From Mesotaenium endlicherianum (Eukaryota): a stretch of 64,000 nucleotides of DNA. The position numbers and the translations under genes were made by a program. Below are positions 9,113-19,930 of this stretch, piece after piece. Below the pieces are notes generated by a model, which saw only the letters and a list, made by a program, of their open reading frames with translations, was not told where the DNA came from and did no database searches. Numbering within the stretch: the first letter of the stretch is position 1; each line of letters opens with the position of its first letter. The stretch covers positions 621,880 to 685,879 of the forward strand of contig WELA01001462.1 in assembly GCA_009602735.1 (NCBI GenBank). Reading direction: 5' to 3'.

Positions 9113-12100
9113 ATGGTAAGGACAAGGTCTCAAACTAGCAACTCCCGAGACATGACGAACCAGGAGAACGAGAATGTCGAAAACCAGGCGGAAAGCCATG
9201 TAGCGGGAAATCGTACCAATTCGGAAGCAGTAGCAAATACTGCAGCTAGGGAGGCTGCAGAGAAGGCAGCTGCTATTGCCTCAGTCGCAGCTCAGCAAGC
9301 TGAGGAGGAGAGAGCCAGGCTAGAAGCTGAACAAGTAGCAAAGGCCGCTGAAGATATACAGAAAGGAGGGAAAGACAGCCAGCTGACGAGCGCACTGTCG
9401 AGGAACTCATGGCATCAAGGGCCAATGTTCTTAACCCACCCTCTGCAGTACAACTCAACGTACCCCTAGGTCAAATACGTGACCGGCTGAATGCGGCAGG
9501 AATTGCTGCTGCGGGAGCGAGAGGGACTGTTGAGGACACTACTCAGCGAGTAGATGCCAATGCTGCTGCTGCATTTGCTACACTACCACCCCAGAGTGTA
9601 AACTTGGGAGCATTGTTCGTTCAAATGCAGTCGCAAACGGCGGCCATGTATTAGTCCCAGCAGGAGGACAAGAGAATCATAATGTCCCTACTGCGGGACA
9701 GAGACCAACTGGGGTCTTACACCACTAGTGGTGGTGGCCGAGGGCCTAGTAAGCCCAAGCCGAAACCTCCCCAGGAATATGAACATGAGGGGAACAGAAA
9801 ATATTACCTGATCAAGTTTCTCGCGGATGTTGAGCAGTGGCTGGAGAATTACCCAGAACTGCAAGATTACGAGAAGGTCAGGCACACCGGTGCGCTACTG
9901 AAAGGCAGTGCCGCAGACTGGTGGCTTTACTGGAAGGGAGAGCGTAAGGCTCGGCAACTTGGTGACCCTACGTGGGTAGAGTTTGTCGAGAAGTTGCATG
10001 AGAAGTTTGATGTCATCAACCAGCAGGAGAAAGCTATCTATGCGATGATCTCCCTGACACTGAAGCAGACCACTTCAGTTGCTGAGTTTGCTCAAAAGTT
10101 CCAAGAGAACATGATGAAGCAGCCGGATTTGCCAGAACGGTATAGGATAGCATACTTCAGGTATGGCTTGAAATCCGAGGTCTCTGGTCATTTTGCTGAG
10201 AAAAAGTATGAGAAACTGGCTGACTTGATCCAGGATGCTGACGCCTGGGATCAGCAGCAGTTCAATCACAAGCGCCAGAGTAACGCTTTGGTGTCTAAGA
10301 TTTTCAAAAAGTCCCACGGTTCCTACAATGCAATTGAAGGAGACCAGGCTGAAGATAATTAGGGTGATGAATATGGGTATGAGTACAATGCTATTCAGTC
10401 TAGAGGTAGAGGTGATTCCTCTCGAGGTGGCTATGGAAGGGGTGGTGGTAGGACTAAGCCGAGACCAGCCTCAGCAAAATCCAAGGTCCAGAGAAAAGAC
10501 CAGCCTTTAAAAGACTGCAACAGTCAGTAATCCAGTCTACTGACTGTGAGGATGCTAGAGATAGTGAGTCGTCACTAGCTGCCCTCGTAGCAGGTATTAT
10601 GGGTCCTGCTGAACTGGATTCACTATGCATGCCTGACAACCAAATAAAGGAGACCATCAGCAATATGGACGTCCAGAGAGTGCACACTCTGGATGCTCTT
10701 GTTCCACCTGATGTCCAACATTTCTTTGCTACGTCAGGAGAACAATGCGAAAGTCAGGAAAAGACAGTCCCCCCTATCCTACTGCATTGCATGATTGCAG
10801 GTAGGAAGGTGAGGGCATTTGTTGACGGAGGGGCGTCACATACTTTTATCCACAAGGACTTAGTTAAGCGGCTAAGGCTGCCTACTGTCACCCAAGGGAA
10901 TAGAAAAATATTCCTTGGAGATGCCTCAAGTATCCCGGGAGGAGTTATAACCAAGCCTATTGAGGTCCAGTTAGGTTCTGGCATTGCAGTTCTAACTGAA
11001 ACGCTTACATTTGAGGTACTCAACACTGGCTTTTATGATCTCGTGCTAGGCAGGTCCTGGCTTAATAGACATCAAGCTGAAGTGTGTTGGAGCAGAGGTA
11101 CAGTTAAAGTGAGAGGAGCCAGTGATGGGCAGACTGACTTGGCACCCACCAGTGCTCTTCCTCTTGTCCTGTGTGGATGGCAAATGAAGGAAAAGAAGAG
11201 GCTTCCAGAAGGATGCAAGTTGCTGAATGCAATGGAGTTCGTCAAAAGCTGGAACCAGAAGGAAGACAGAATGTTCTGTCTGCTGCTAAGAGAGGTACCT
11301 CCTCAACCTGAAGAAGTGGTTGAGAAAAAGGTAAGCCCTCCGGAGCACCCTACTGCTGCAAAAATTGTTGCTCAGTACACTGATGTATTTAATATGCCTC
11401 CAGGACTACCCCCTAAGAGGGAAGTAGATCATAGGATTGATCTATTACCTGGGAGTCAGCCACCTTGGCAACGCACGTATGGCTTGTCTTATGTGGAGAG
11501 CGAGGAGTTGAAAACCCAGATTGCAGAGCTTGAGGAAAATGGTTATATTTCTCCCAGTAAATCACCTTACGGCGCACCCATCCTATTTGTTAAGAAAAAG
11601 TATGGCAGTATGCGAATGTGTGTGGATTACAAAGTCCTAAACATAATTACAGTAAAGAACAAGTATGCTTTACCCAGGATCGAGGACTTGCTTGATACTC
11701 TGTCTGGTGCTAAGGTGTTCAGTAAGATAGATCTCAAGAGTGGTTATCATCAAATCAGAATTGCTGAGGGGGATGAACACAAGACTGCATTACGTACACG
11801 TTATGGACACTATGAGTTCAACGTGATGCCATTTGGACTGACTAATGCTCCTGCTACCTTCATGGGTGCTATGAATCACATTTTCAGACCTTATTTGGAT
11901 AAGTTTGTGCAAGTTTTCCTGGATGATATTATAATTTTCTCTAAAGATGAAGCTCAGCACGCTGAACACTTAAAGACAGTCCTGGACACTCTAAGAACGA
12001 ATCACTTATATGCTAAAATGAGCAAGTGTGATTATTTTAAGGAAAGTATTGAATTCTTCGGCCACGTTGTCAGTAAAGAGGGCATCAGTGTGGATCCTAA

Positions 12101-14315
12101 GAAAGTCCAGACCATAAGGGATTGGCCAGTACCTCAGTCGGTCTCTGAAGTTCGATCCTTCCTCGGATTGGCTAACTACTATAGGAGATTTATTTAGAAT
12201 TATTCCACAAAGGCCAGTAAACTGACTGACCTTACTAAGAAAGACATCGGGTATGTGTGGGGGGAAGAGCAGCAGGCTGCCTTCCAGGCCCTTAAAGATG
12301 CCCTCTGTTCTGCCCCAGAGCTAGCCGTGTATGACCCCAGCAAACCGGTGCAGGTGGTTACTGATGCCTCTGATTTTGCCATGGGTGCTATTTTGTTGCA
12401 GCCTGCTGACAAAACCACAAAGGATGGTAAGGTACGGCAGGAGTGGCATCCTGTGTTGTATGAGTCTATGAAATTTAATCCAGCGGAGATTAATTACTCA
12501 GTGCATGATAAAGAGCTGCTAGCTATCATTCATGTACTCAAACAGTGGAGAGCATACTTACATGGTAAAGCTTTTAAGGTGATTACAGATCATCTAGCTC
12601 TGACTCACTTTCAGAAGAAGTCCAAGCTGTCGAGGAGGGAGAACCGCTGGAGCCAGATGCTGGAGCAGTTCCAAGTCCAGATCGACTACAAACCAGGGAA
12701 GTTGAATCCTGCTGATGCACTCTCTAGAAGACCTGACTTGCAAGAAAGGGACTTTAGTCAGCATGCTGTAGATAAAGTCCTGTGGGCACTCACTTCACTA
12801 AAGGTGAAAAAGTCCTTCCTAGAACAACTCAGGAAAGCCTACCTTTCTGACCCAACATTTGAGCCCAGCCCCACTACTGGTGTGTGTCGTGCTACTGCAC
12901 TCGGGTATAAGCTTAAGGGAGGGGTCTGGGTGACTGAAACCACTTCAGGGAGGCTGAAGCTGGTCATTCCTAATAACTTGGAAATAAGGTCTCTCTTACT
13001 GAGTCAAGCGCATGACAGTCTCCTGGGTGGACATTTGGGGCAGGCCAAAACTGTTGGCTAACTGGCAAAACATTATCACTGGGAGGGGTTACCTCGGGAG
13101 GTCTTGAAATATGTCAAGTCCTGTGACCTGTGTCAGAGAAATAAATCTCGGCACACACCACCCGGAGGTCTCTTGCAACCGCTGCCCATCCCAGCTGGAC
13201 GCTGGGAAACTATATCCATGGACTGGGTGGTCTCACTACCAAGAACTGCCAATGGGCATGATTCAATACTGGTAGTCGTGGATAAACTGACAAAAATGGT
13301 CATTTTTATCCCCACAACTGTCAAAGTGACTGCACTCGAAACAGCGAGACAGTTTTACAACCATGTAGTATGCCAACATCGGCTACCTACTAATATCATC
13401 TCCGACAGAGACTCAAAATTCACCTCTAAGTTCTGGAGAGCTTTAATGGGGTTAATGGGAGTCAAACAGCTGCTCAGCACAGCAAACCACCCTCAGACGG
13501 ATGGGCAGACTGAAAGAACTAACCGAGTTCTGCAGGAGGTGCTGAGAGCATATATTAACCAAATACAAGATAATTGGGATGACCTGTTGCCTCAAATTCA
13601 GTTTGCGGTCAACAGTGCGGTGCACGCGACAACGGGCAAGACTCCTTTTGAACTCAGCCTGGGTAGAGTCCCTAAGTCTCCTCTAGATGTGCTAGGGGAA
13701 TCTTTAACTCACCCTGAAGGGATTGACAACCCGGAGTCCCTCCAATTAACTCAGGAGTTTGCTGACACCCTGTCAGAAGTCCAACGAAACTTGCACAAGG
13801 TCCAAGAAAACCAACAAAAATACGCTAATCAACACCGTCGGGAACTGACATTTTCCAAGGGGGATTTAGTCAAACTGCATTCTCAGCACCTGTACCTCCC
13901 TGGTGTGGTCAAGAAAAAGCTTGGCCCTGTCTGGGTCGGTCCATATTCGGTGGTCCGTCGTGTCGGTCAGAATGCTTACAAACTGAACATGTCAGCTGAC
14001 TACAAGGGTCACCCGGTCTTTAATGTCTCCTTCCTGGAACCATACATCAAAGGTGATATACTGTTCACAGGTCGGTTACCTGTCTAACCGGGACCGGTCC
14101 CCGCTGTCCGGGACGGCGACCCTGAGGAATATGAGGTCGATGAAATTTTAGACGCTCGCTCGGTCCGTCGATCGTCTAAATATGTCATGAAATACCTCAT
14201 CCGATGGAAGGGCTACGATGCCTCTGGGGACACTTGGGAATTTAAACATCAGCTGACCCATGCCAAAGGGGCGTTGAAACGGTTCCACCTTCGGGCGGCT
14301 GGGGCACCTCCCTAA
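9113..14315 (+). pseudogene. Decayed gag-pol of the second family A unit
   Basis: Frameshift near 9361; stops ending at 9654, 10362, 12197, 13061 and 14087; net 63-nt deletion near 10481 removes the zinc knuckle. Confidence 0.92.
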
Positions 14316-14635
14316 CAGTCATTTCAGTTGACACGGGAAGGTGACAGGAGGTCCTGTCTCCATATAAGTTGGAGGGAGATGTGACAGTTAGTGACTGTAG
14401 TGACAGGCAGCCCACCTTTAAATTTAAGTTGGAGGGAGTGGTAGTCTCTGATCACCATATTACCCACTCAACCTGCGCTCACACTCAGTTGCTCTCCAAA
14501 TTTTTCCTTATAGTCGCTCACACCAGGTATTCCACTCTAGGAACTCTCCCGATCGCGTCCCTCCTCATCAAGGGCACTCAGTAGCGGCAGAATATCATGA
14601 CTTCACTAACTGCATTGTGTTTATGATTGAGCAGG

Positions 14636-16303
14636 ATGACTCAAAAGTCGGAACTCAAGAGGAAGCGAAGGGCGGAAGAGGCACATGCAAAATACTTGCA
14701 ATTCCGTGGAGACATCGAATCATCTTCCATCACCGCTCAGGAATCACAACGACTCCAACAACAGCGGGAGGCACAGAAGAAGAAGGAGGAGGAGGAACAG
14801 GCCAGACTGAGGCAGGAAGAAATGGACAGAAAAGCTGCAGAGGAGGCTAAGAAAGCAGAGGAGGAGAGGCAAGCTGAGAAGAAGCGGAAGCAGCAGGCTA
14901 AAGAAGAAGAACAGAGGAGAATCAGCAGCTACCGCTACACGGTGCTGGGCAAGAGCTTTGATCTACTGGAGGAGGCCTTCAAGTATGCCCAGAGAAGTCG
15001 CAGTGAGTCGCAGAAGGAAATCCTCCAGAAGGAAGGGGAGACATCCGAAAACTTTTACAAGTATATAGAGGTCGGCACAGGGCTCCTCCTCTACCACGAT
15101 TACGCCAGGATGGTAGGATATACCATCGGAGAGGCCAAGGCAATGGCCCAGGTGAACGAAGCAGGAGCTGTCTCGATTCCTGGTATCTGGGGGGCAGATA
15201 GGGTCATCAGGATGATCCCCATGGACGCGGACAGCTTCAAGGACTCAACACCCCACAACAGGTTCAAGGCCATGTACAATGAGGTGGAGAGGAGGAGCTG
15301 GGAATTCTTGGCCAGGGAAACCAGTCAGCTGGACTTTGCAGGGCACTGGTACCCTTGTACTCTTAAAAAGACAGACGCTGCCTTCTTCCAAAAGCCCACT
15401 GATTGGCGGTGGATGACCATCAACATGAGGGACCAGCAGAATGACAGGGCGACGGATGAGGATTTCCTGACAGACCTAAAGGGGAACATAGTATTGCCCC
15501 CTCACATTGCGGCTTGGGACCCAAGATTGGATGGAGTCAGAGACTGCATGAGCCAAGAGATGCAGGGGGACAGAAGCAGGGCCCGAGAGTCATTCTCCAA
15601 AGGGAAGCACGCTTATGCCAAATGGGCAAGTAAGCAGGGGGAAAAGGACCTCTATGCGGTCCGGACTCAGCAGCCCCCACCAGCACCCAAAAGGGGAAGG
15701 TCAGTAGGATATTCTTTTTCTCGGGAAGAGCTGGAGCAGCTGACAGAGGAGACCCCAGAAGTCTCAGAGGAACCCGGGGACGGCGAGGAGGAGGAGTCAG
15801 AGGAAGACGAGGAGGAAGGCGAGGAGGAGGACACTAGCCCCGCCGTGATCCTGACACCTGCCACATCCCCTGTAAGGGAGAAGACGGGGTGGGCCCCGCC
15901 GCAACTCGCTCAAGAGGAGGATATCACTTGGCTGGGGACTGCCAGAGGACAGAGCCCATCTCCAGGCAAGGAGACCCAGTCAGACAGGGCAGACAGGAGG
16001 GCTGCTCGGGAGATAGCCAGAGGCCTGCCAGCATCTCCCTCGCAGAGAGGGCATGTACCCTTGGCTCATGTCATGCAACATCCTTCTGGGATGCCGGTAT
16101 ACGTACCTGTCAGTTTGAGGGCTGCCCAGGAGAAGGCTGCCTCCCTTCAGTTTCAGACTGTGCAGGAGGAAACAGCCCAGTTACTGCGTTCTCCGCCGGG
16201 TCCTTACACGGAACCTCCCTCTCTGACAGGCTTCAGAAGACCCCAAGACAGGAGGAGGTCTGGCTCCCCTGAGTATAGGGCCTCAGGGACATCTCCCTCC
16301 TAA
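14636..16303 (+). CDS. ORF3, second copy, still open
   Basis: Same length as 6606-8273 with about nine amino-acid differences. Confidence 0.82.
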   Translation: MTQKSELKRKRRAEEAHAKYLQFRGDIESSSITAQESQRLQQQREAQKKKEEEEQARLRQEEMDRKAAEEAKKAEEERQAEKKRKQQAKEEEQRRISSYRYTVLGKSFDLLEEAFKYAQRSRSESQKEILQKEGETSENFYKYIEVGTGLLLYHDYARMVGYTIGEAKAMAQVNEAGAVSIPGIWGADRVIRMIPMDADSFKDSTPHNRFKAMYNEVERRSWEFLARETSQLDFAGHWYPCTLKKTDAAFFQKPTDWRWMTINMRDQQNDRATDEDFLTDLKGNIVLPPHIAAWDPRLDGVRDCMSQEMQGDRSRARESFSKGKHAYAKWASKQGEKDLYAVRTQQPPPAPKRGRSVGYSFSREELEQLTEETPEVSEEPGDGEEEESEEDEEEGEEEDTSPAVILTPATSPVREKTGWAPPQLAQEEDITWLGTARGQSPSPGKETQSDRADRRAAREIARGLPASPSQRGHVPLAHVMQHPSGMPVYVPVSLRAAQEKAASLQFQTVQEETAQLLRSPPGPYTEPPSLTGFRRPQDRRRSGSPEYRASGTSPS

Positions 16304-16388
16304 TGGCAGTAGGCTGGGGACGGAAGGGACAGCACGCTGTTATTAGTGTTAGTGTTGTCGAGGCGACAACATGATAAGTTGGAGGGAT

Positions 16389-17108
16389 TGTAATGAATCA
16401 GTATATTGGTTGATATAATATTCATTTAAATAATATAGTTAAATAAGTTCAGCCTGCTGAACTCTAGTTAATAATCAGTCTGCTGGACTTTATATTTAAT
16501 ATCAGTTTAATGACTCAGCCGGAAGCAGCAGGCTGAAGTCAACTTAAGTCAGCTTGCTGACACATTCTTTGACAGCCAGCTGACTTCCGTACTCGGTAGC
16601 AGCGAACTGCCTCGATATGCATCTAAGTGTGATATGCTAGATGAATGGCCAGATGACATCCCTATGATGGATGGCGATTCGGGATGATGGGAGATGGCGG
16701 TGGATTTGGTTAACCGAGGTCCTACCAACGTGGTTAACTCCCGGGTAGGCGGTGCCATCGCACTGACCGTTAAACAGTAAACTCATTCCATGTACATATG
16801 CTAGGCATTGCTCTCGGGTTCGGCATTCGGAGAAGAGGCCAACTCTCTTGTACAGCTTACTGAGAGAGATCTGAATCCAAGGCGAGAAGCCATTGATACG
16901 CACTGTCTTCTAACCTTGCGTATGTATGAGTTTACTGATTTGCATCATTGATGCTAGTTTACTCGCATTTGACTTACGAGTATAATTCCCTGCTAGTGTA
17001 TTGCCCTTTGCCGTTAAACCAGTACACGGAAATACCATAAAGATTACTTGCTGATATAAAGATCTTTATTAATTGTTAATCGCCTATTTGGTAAGTCGAG
17101 TCATTTCA
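16389..17108 (+). repeat. Family A LTR3
   Basis: Direct repeat; followed by TSD AGCGA. Confidence 0.95.
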
Positions 17109-19159
17109 AGCGACATATCACTTACAAGGCTTAGGAAAAATACTCAACATTTTGAGTAGCAAGAAACTACTCACAAATGATGTAGGATGGAAGGTCTGGT
17201 CATTACAAACCCGTAGAAATTTACAGAAGTGAAAACTTATAAGAAACAAAGAAGTTATGCCTATTTATAATTTTCTGCCTAAGTGCTCCTCCCTAGGAGG
17301 AAGCTATGGATTTTCCTAAGTTGGTCAAATTGTCCCTTCCAGAATATTCGTGAGAAAGCCAGATCAGTCTAATTCGACGTGTCGGGCCGAATTGCCGTCC
17401 ACATTCATGCATCGATATGACTATAACATTCTATTTTAGGCGCGCTAGGCTAAACTGAAACTTCTAGGTAAATCGACCTAGTCGGCACTCCGCGTCAGCC
17501 GAACTTACGTGAAGGTTCGAGTTCATTCTAACGGGCCAGATCGCTCAACGCTGTCGGTCAATCCGACGGTCGCGCTCACCGCGAATTAAGGACAGTCGTC
17601 AACCGACCTCAAAACTAATTAAACTTCGGAAATCCATAACTCTCTCAATACTTGACCAAATTCGATGAACTTTATATCAAAATGACCACAAAGATGCACT
17701 CGACACTACTATACAATCAAAACATACTTTTATGACACTCAAAAATGCACTTTATATGCCTATGACCTTACAGCTGCGTACACCCGCGTCGCCGGTACTC
17801 GTGAAGATGAAGACACGGAGTGCTTGAAATCCAAGGTATCCACCTTTTGGGCCACTTCAATGATCTTCAAGAAGTCCGTCAAGTCGCGTGATTCCACTTC
17901 CTTGTCCACCTTGGGCTTGAGGCCAAAGATGTAGCGGTCAATCTTCTCCTCGAGAGCCATGTTGGGGATCTCAAGAGTGAGGGCGTGAAATCTGGATGTA
18001 TACTCTTGAACGGACGTCGTTTGCTTGAGATGGTGGAGCTTTCCTCGGGCAATTTTCTCTGCATTGATGGGCATGAATTGCTTCTTGAGGGCCTCAGAAA
18101 GATCTGCCCATCTTGCATATGATGGTGGGGGCTCTTGGCCGAGCATGGGGTGCGCCATAGCTTGATATATAGTCGCTTGATAGTTACGCCACCATGATGT
18201 TGCTGCTCCTTTAAGTAAGGTAACGGCAAAGGGAACGTAGTCCTCCTCGGGTACTTCAAGGATGCGAGGTACGTCTCCACTTGGTAGAGCCATAAATTCA
18301 GTTGCCACCTTCTCCGAGGTTGAAAGTGTCGGGTTTGCCGGGCTCGATGACTTTCCTTGCTCTCGTAGGATCTTGTGGAGGCGCTTGAGCCGGGGTTGGA
18401 TTTTGAGCATTGCTTGCAATAGGGGCAACCATGGCAGCCATAGCTTCTCTTGACGCTTGCACGGTTGCTTCATAGGTGGCCAAGCCCACTTGGTTGTGGA
18501 CGGTCATTAGGAAGGCTGCCCACTCATTTGCGGGAACTCCTTGTGGTGGGGTCAACTTTGCTATAGCGGCTGCCATGGGATTTGACAGTGCTCCTCCTTG
18601 TGGTGCTTCTTGTTGTCGCAAAATTTCTTGAGTGGGCTCTACAAGCGACGCTGGAGTAGGGTCTCTTGGAGAAGAAGGGCTTCCTTCGAAAGCTTGTTGT
18701 TGGTCTTGAGGATCGGCCATCTTCTTGTGCTACCAAAATGCCTAGCTTTGATACCACTGTAGTGAAACAGATAGATAAAGTACATAGTAAAATAAAATGC
18801 GTAATCTTTTCAAGACAAGGATCTTTGAACACAAGTGGTAGCTTTTTGAAAGAGAGATGACTTCTTGAAAGTTAACGTATTTATGGAATTTGGCACGTAC
18901 AAGAGTGATTCTGGAATGTGTTTCAATGTTCTAGCTCTTGTTTATATACTTGCTACATAAGTAATTTCTAGAAAGGTGTATGTTGATGTGTTGGCACCCA
19001 ACACATCCCAAAACTTGCACCCTCTTTCTAGAATAATGTACACATGTCTTTTTGACCTAAAAATGGCACATTTGACTTTTGCCACACTTTGGAATTCTTA
19101 TAGGTTCTTCCTCTAACTTCAAAAATGCCTTAGAAGATTCAAAGGACATTGAAATGAAT

Positions 19160-19540
19160 TGAAAGGAGAAAGGGTGCGGGGAGTGCGCCATACACACTCA
19201 CGCACCCTCACCCGCGAGTGGAAGCGTGCACGAGGACCTTTCCTAGTTGCATACACAAGGTGGAGTGGCCTGGTGGTGTGCCACCCTTGCAAGGGTTAGA
19301 GGGCTACATGATAGAGGCGTGGAAAAGAACTCACCTTATTAAGAAAAGTCGTGTACAAGATACGAAGGTTAGACTAGAATAAGCCTTTCCACTTCCTTGT
19401 GCTTAACATTAATAACTCACTAAAAACTTCCAAAATTCATAACTATCTCAATACTTGTCCAAATGACTAGAAATAAAGGCCAAATTTCTTCTAAAATCAC
19501 ACTCTATGCATATAAAATACTAGAAAGAAACAAACTACAC
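19160..19540 (-). repeat. Inverted, internally deleted family D LTR
   Basis: 19160-19384 is the reverse complement of the D LTR 3' part (~24205-24431). ~19410-19540 is the reverse complement of its 5' part (~23737-23870). Confidence 0.8.
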
Positions 19541-19621
19541 AGATTTTAAGGGTAGGCAATTAGGGACTTAGCAAGCATGTGTACTTGCAAGTCTAGAAGC
19601 TTTGGCGGGCATAGTACCCGC

Positions 19622-19697
19622 AAGCTCAAGAGGAGCTCATGAGAAGCTCAAGAGGAGCTCATGAGAAGCTCAAGAGGAGCTCATGAGAAGCTCAAGA
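19622..19697 (+). repeat. 22-bp tandem repeat x3.5 (AAGCTCAAGAGGAGCTCATGAG) in a duplicated D internal segment
   Basis: Seen directly; the paralogous segment at ~21038 has only ~1.5 units. Confidence 0.85.
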
Positions 19698-19930
19698 GAG
19701 GGTGCACCGAGGTGTTGCACCAAGTTGGCCAAGTATGTGGCCAGATTTGGGTTGCCTTGCATCACTCCTATATAGCCACTAGATATGTTGGCCAGCCATG
19801 ATGGAGCTTGGTCATTCTTATGGAGATTGATGAAGCCTCAAGTGAAGAAAAGCGCCGTGGAGAAGGCTTGGAGCAAGAAGAAGTGATGCAGATTTTTCTT
19901 CAAGCAAGATAAGTGGAGATGGAGCCTTTC

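Larger units (their letters stand above)
264..17108 (+). mobile_element. Ty3/gypsy chromovirus family A, tandem dimer LTR-internal-LTR-internal-LTR
   Basis: Three 720-bp TG...CA LTRs and two ~7.3-kb internal regions. A PBS follows LTR1 and LTR2; a PPT precedes LTR2 and LTR3. TSD AGCGA at 259-263 and 17109-17113. Confidence 0.96.
181..17772 (-). mobile_element. Solo LTR (~740 bp: 181-263 + 17114-17772), related to family D LTRs, split by the family A insertion
   Basis: TG...CA termini. Flanked by a near-TSD GCTAC (176-180) / GCTGC (17773-17777), after which B gag resumes. Minus-strand ends TGTAAGG...CCCCTTTCA and the motif ATAACT.TCTCAATACTTG.CCAAAT are shared with D LTRs. Confidence 0.75.
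1..19149 (-). mobile_element. Ty3/gypsy family B, copy B1: gag fragments (1-180 and 17773-18720), PBS and truncated 5' LTR (18758-~19149). Split by a solo LTR and the family A dimer.
   Basis: 1-180 and 17773-18757 match the B gag at 31928-32190, 30240-30950 and 37470-38360. gag is frameshifted (ORFs 18298-18720 and 17760-18473). PBS reads TGGTATCAAAGC on the minus strand at ~18745-18756. The LTR starts TGTAGTGA like the other B LTRs. Confidence 0.88.
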
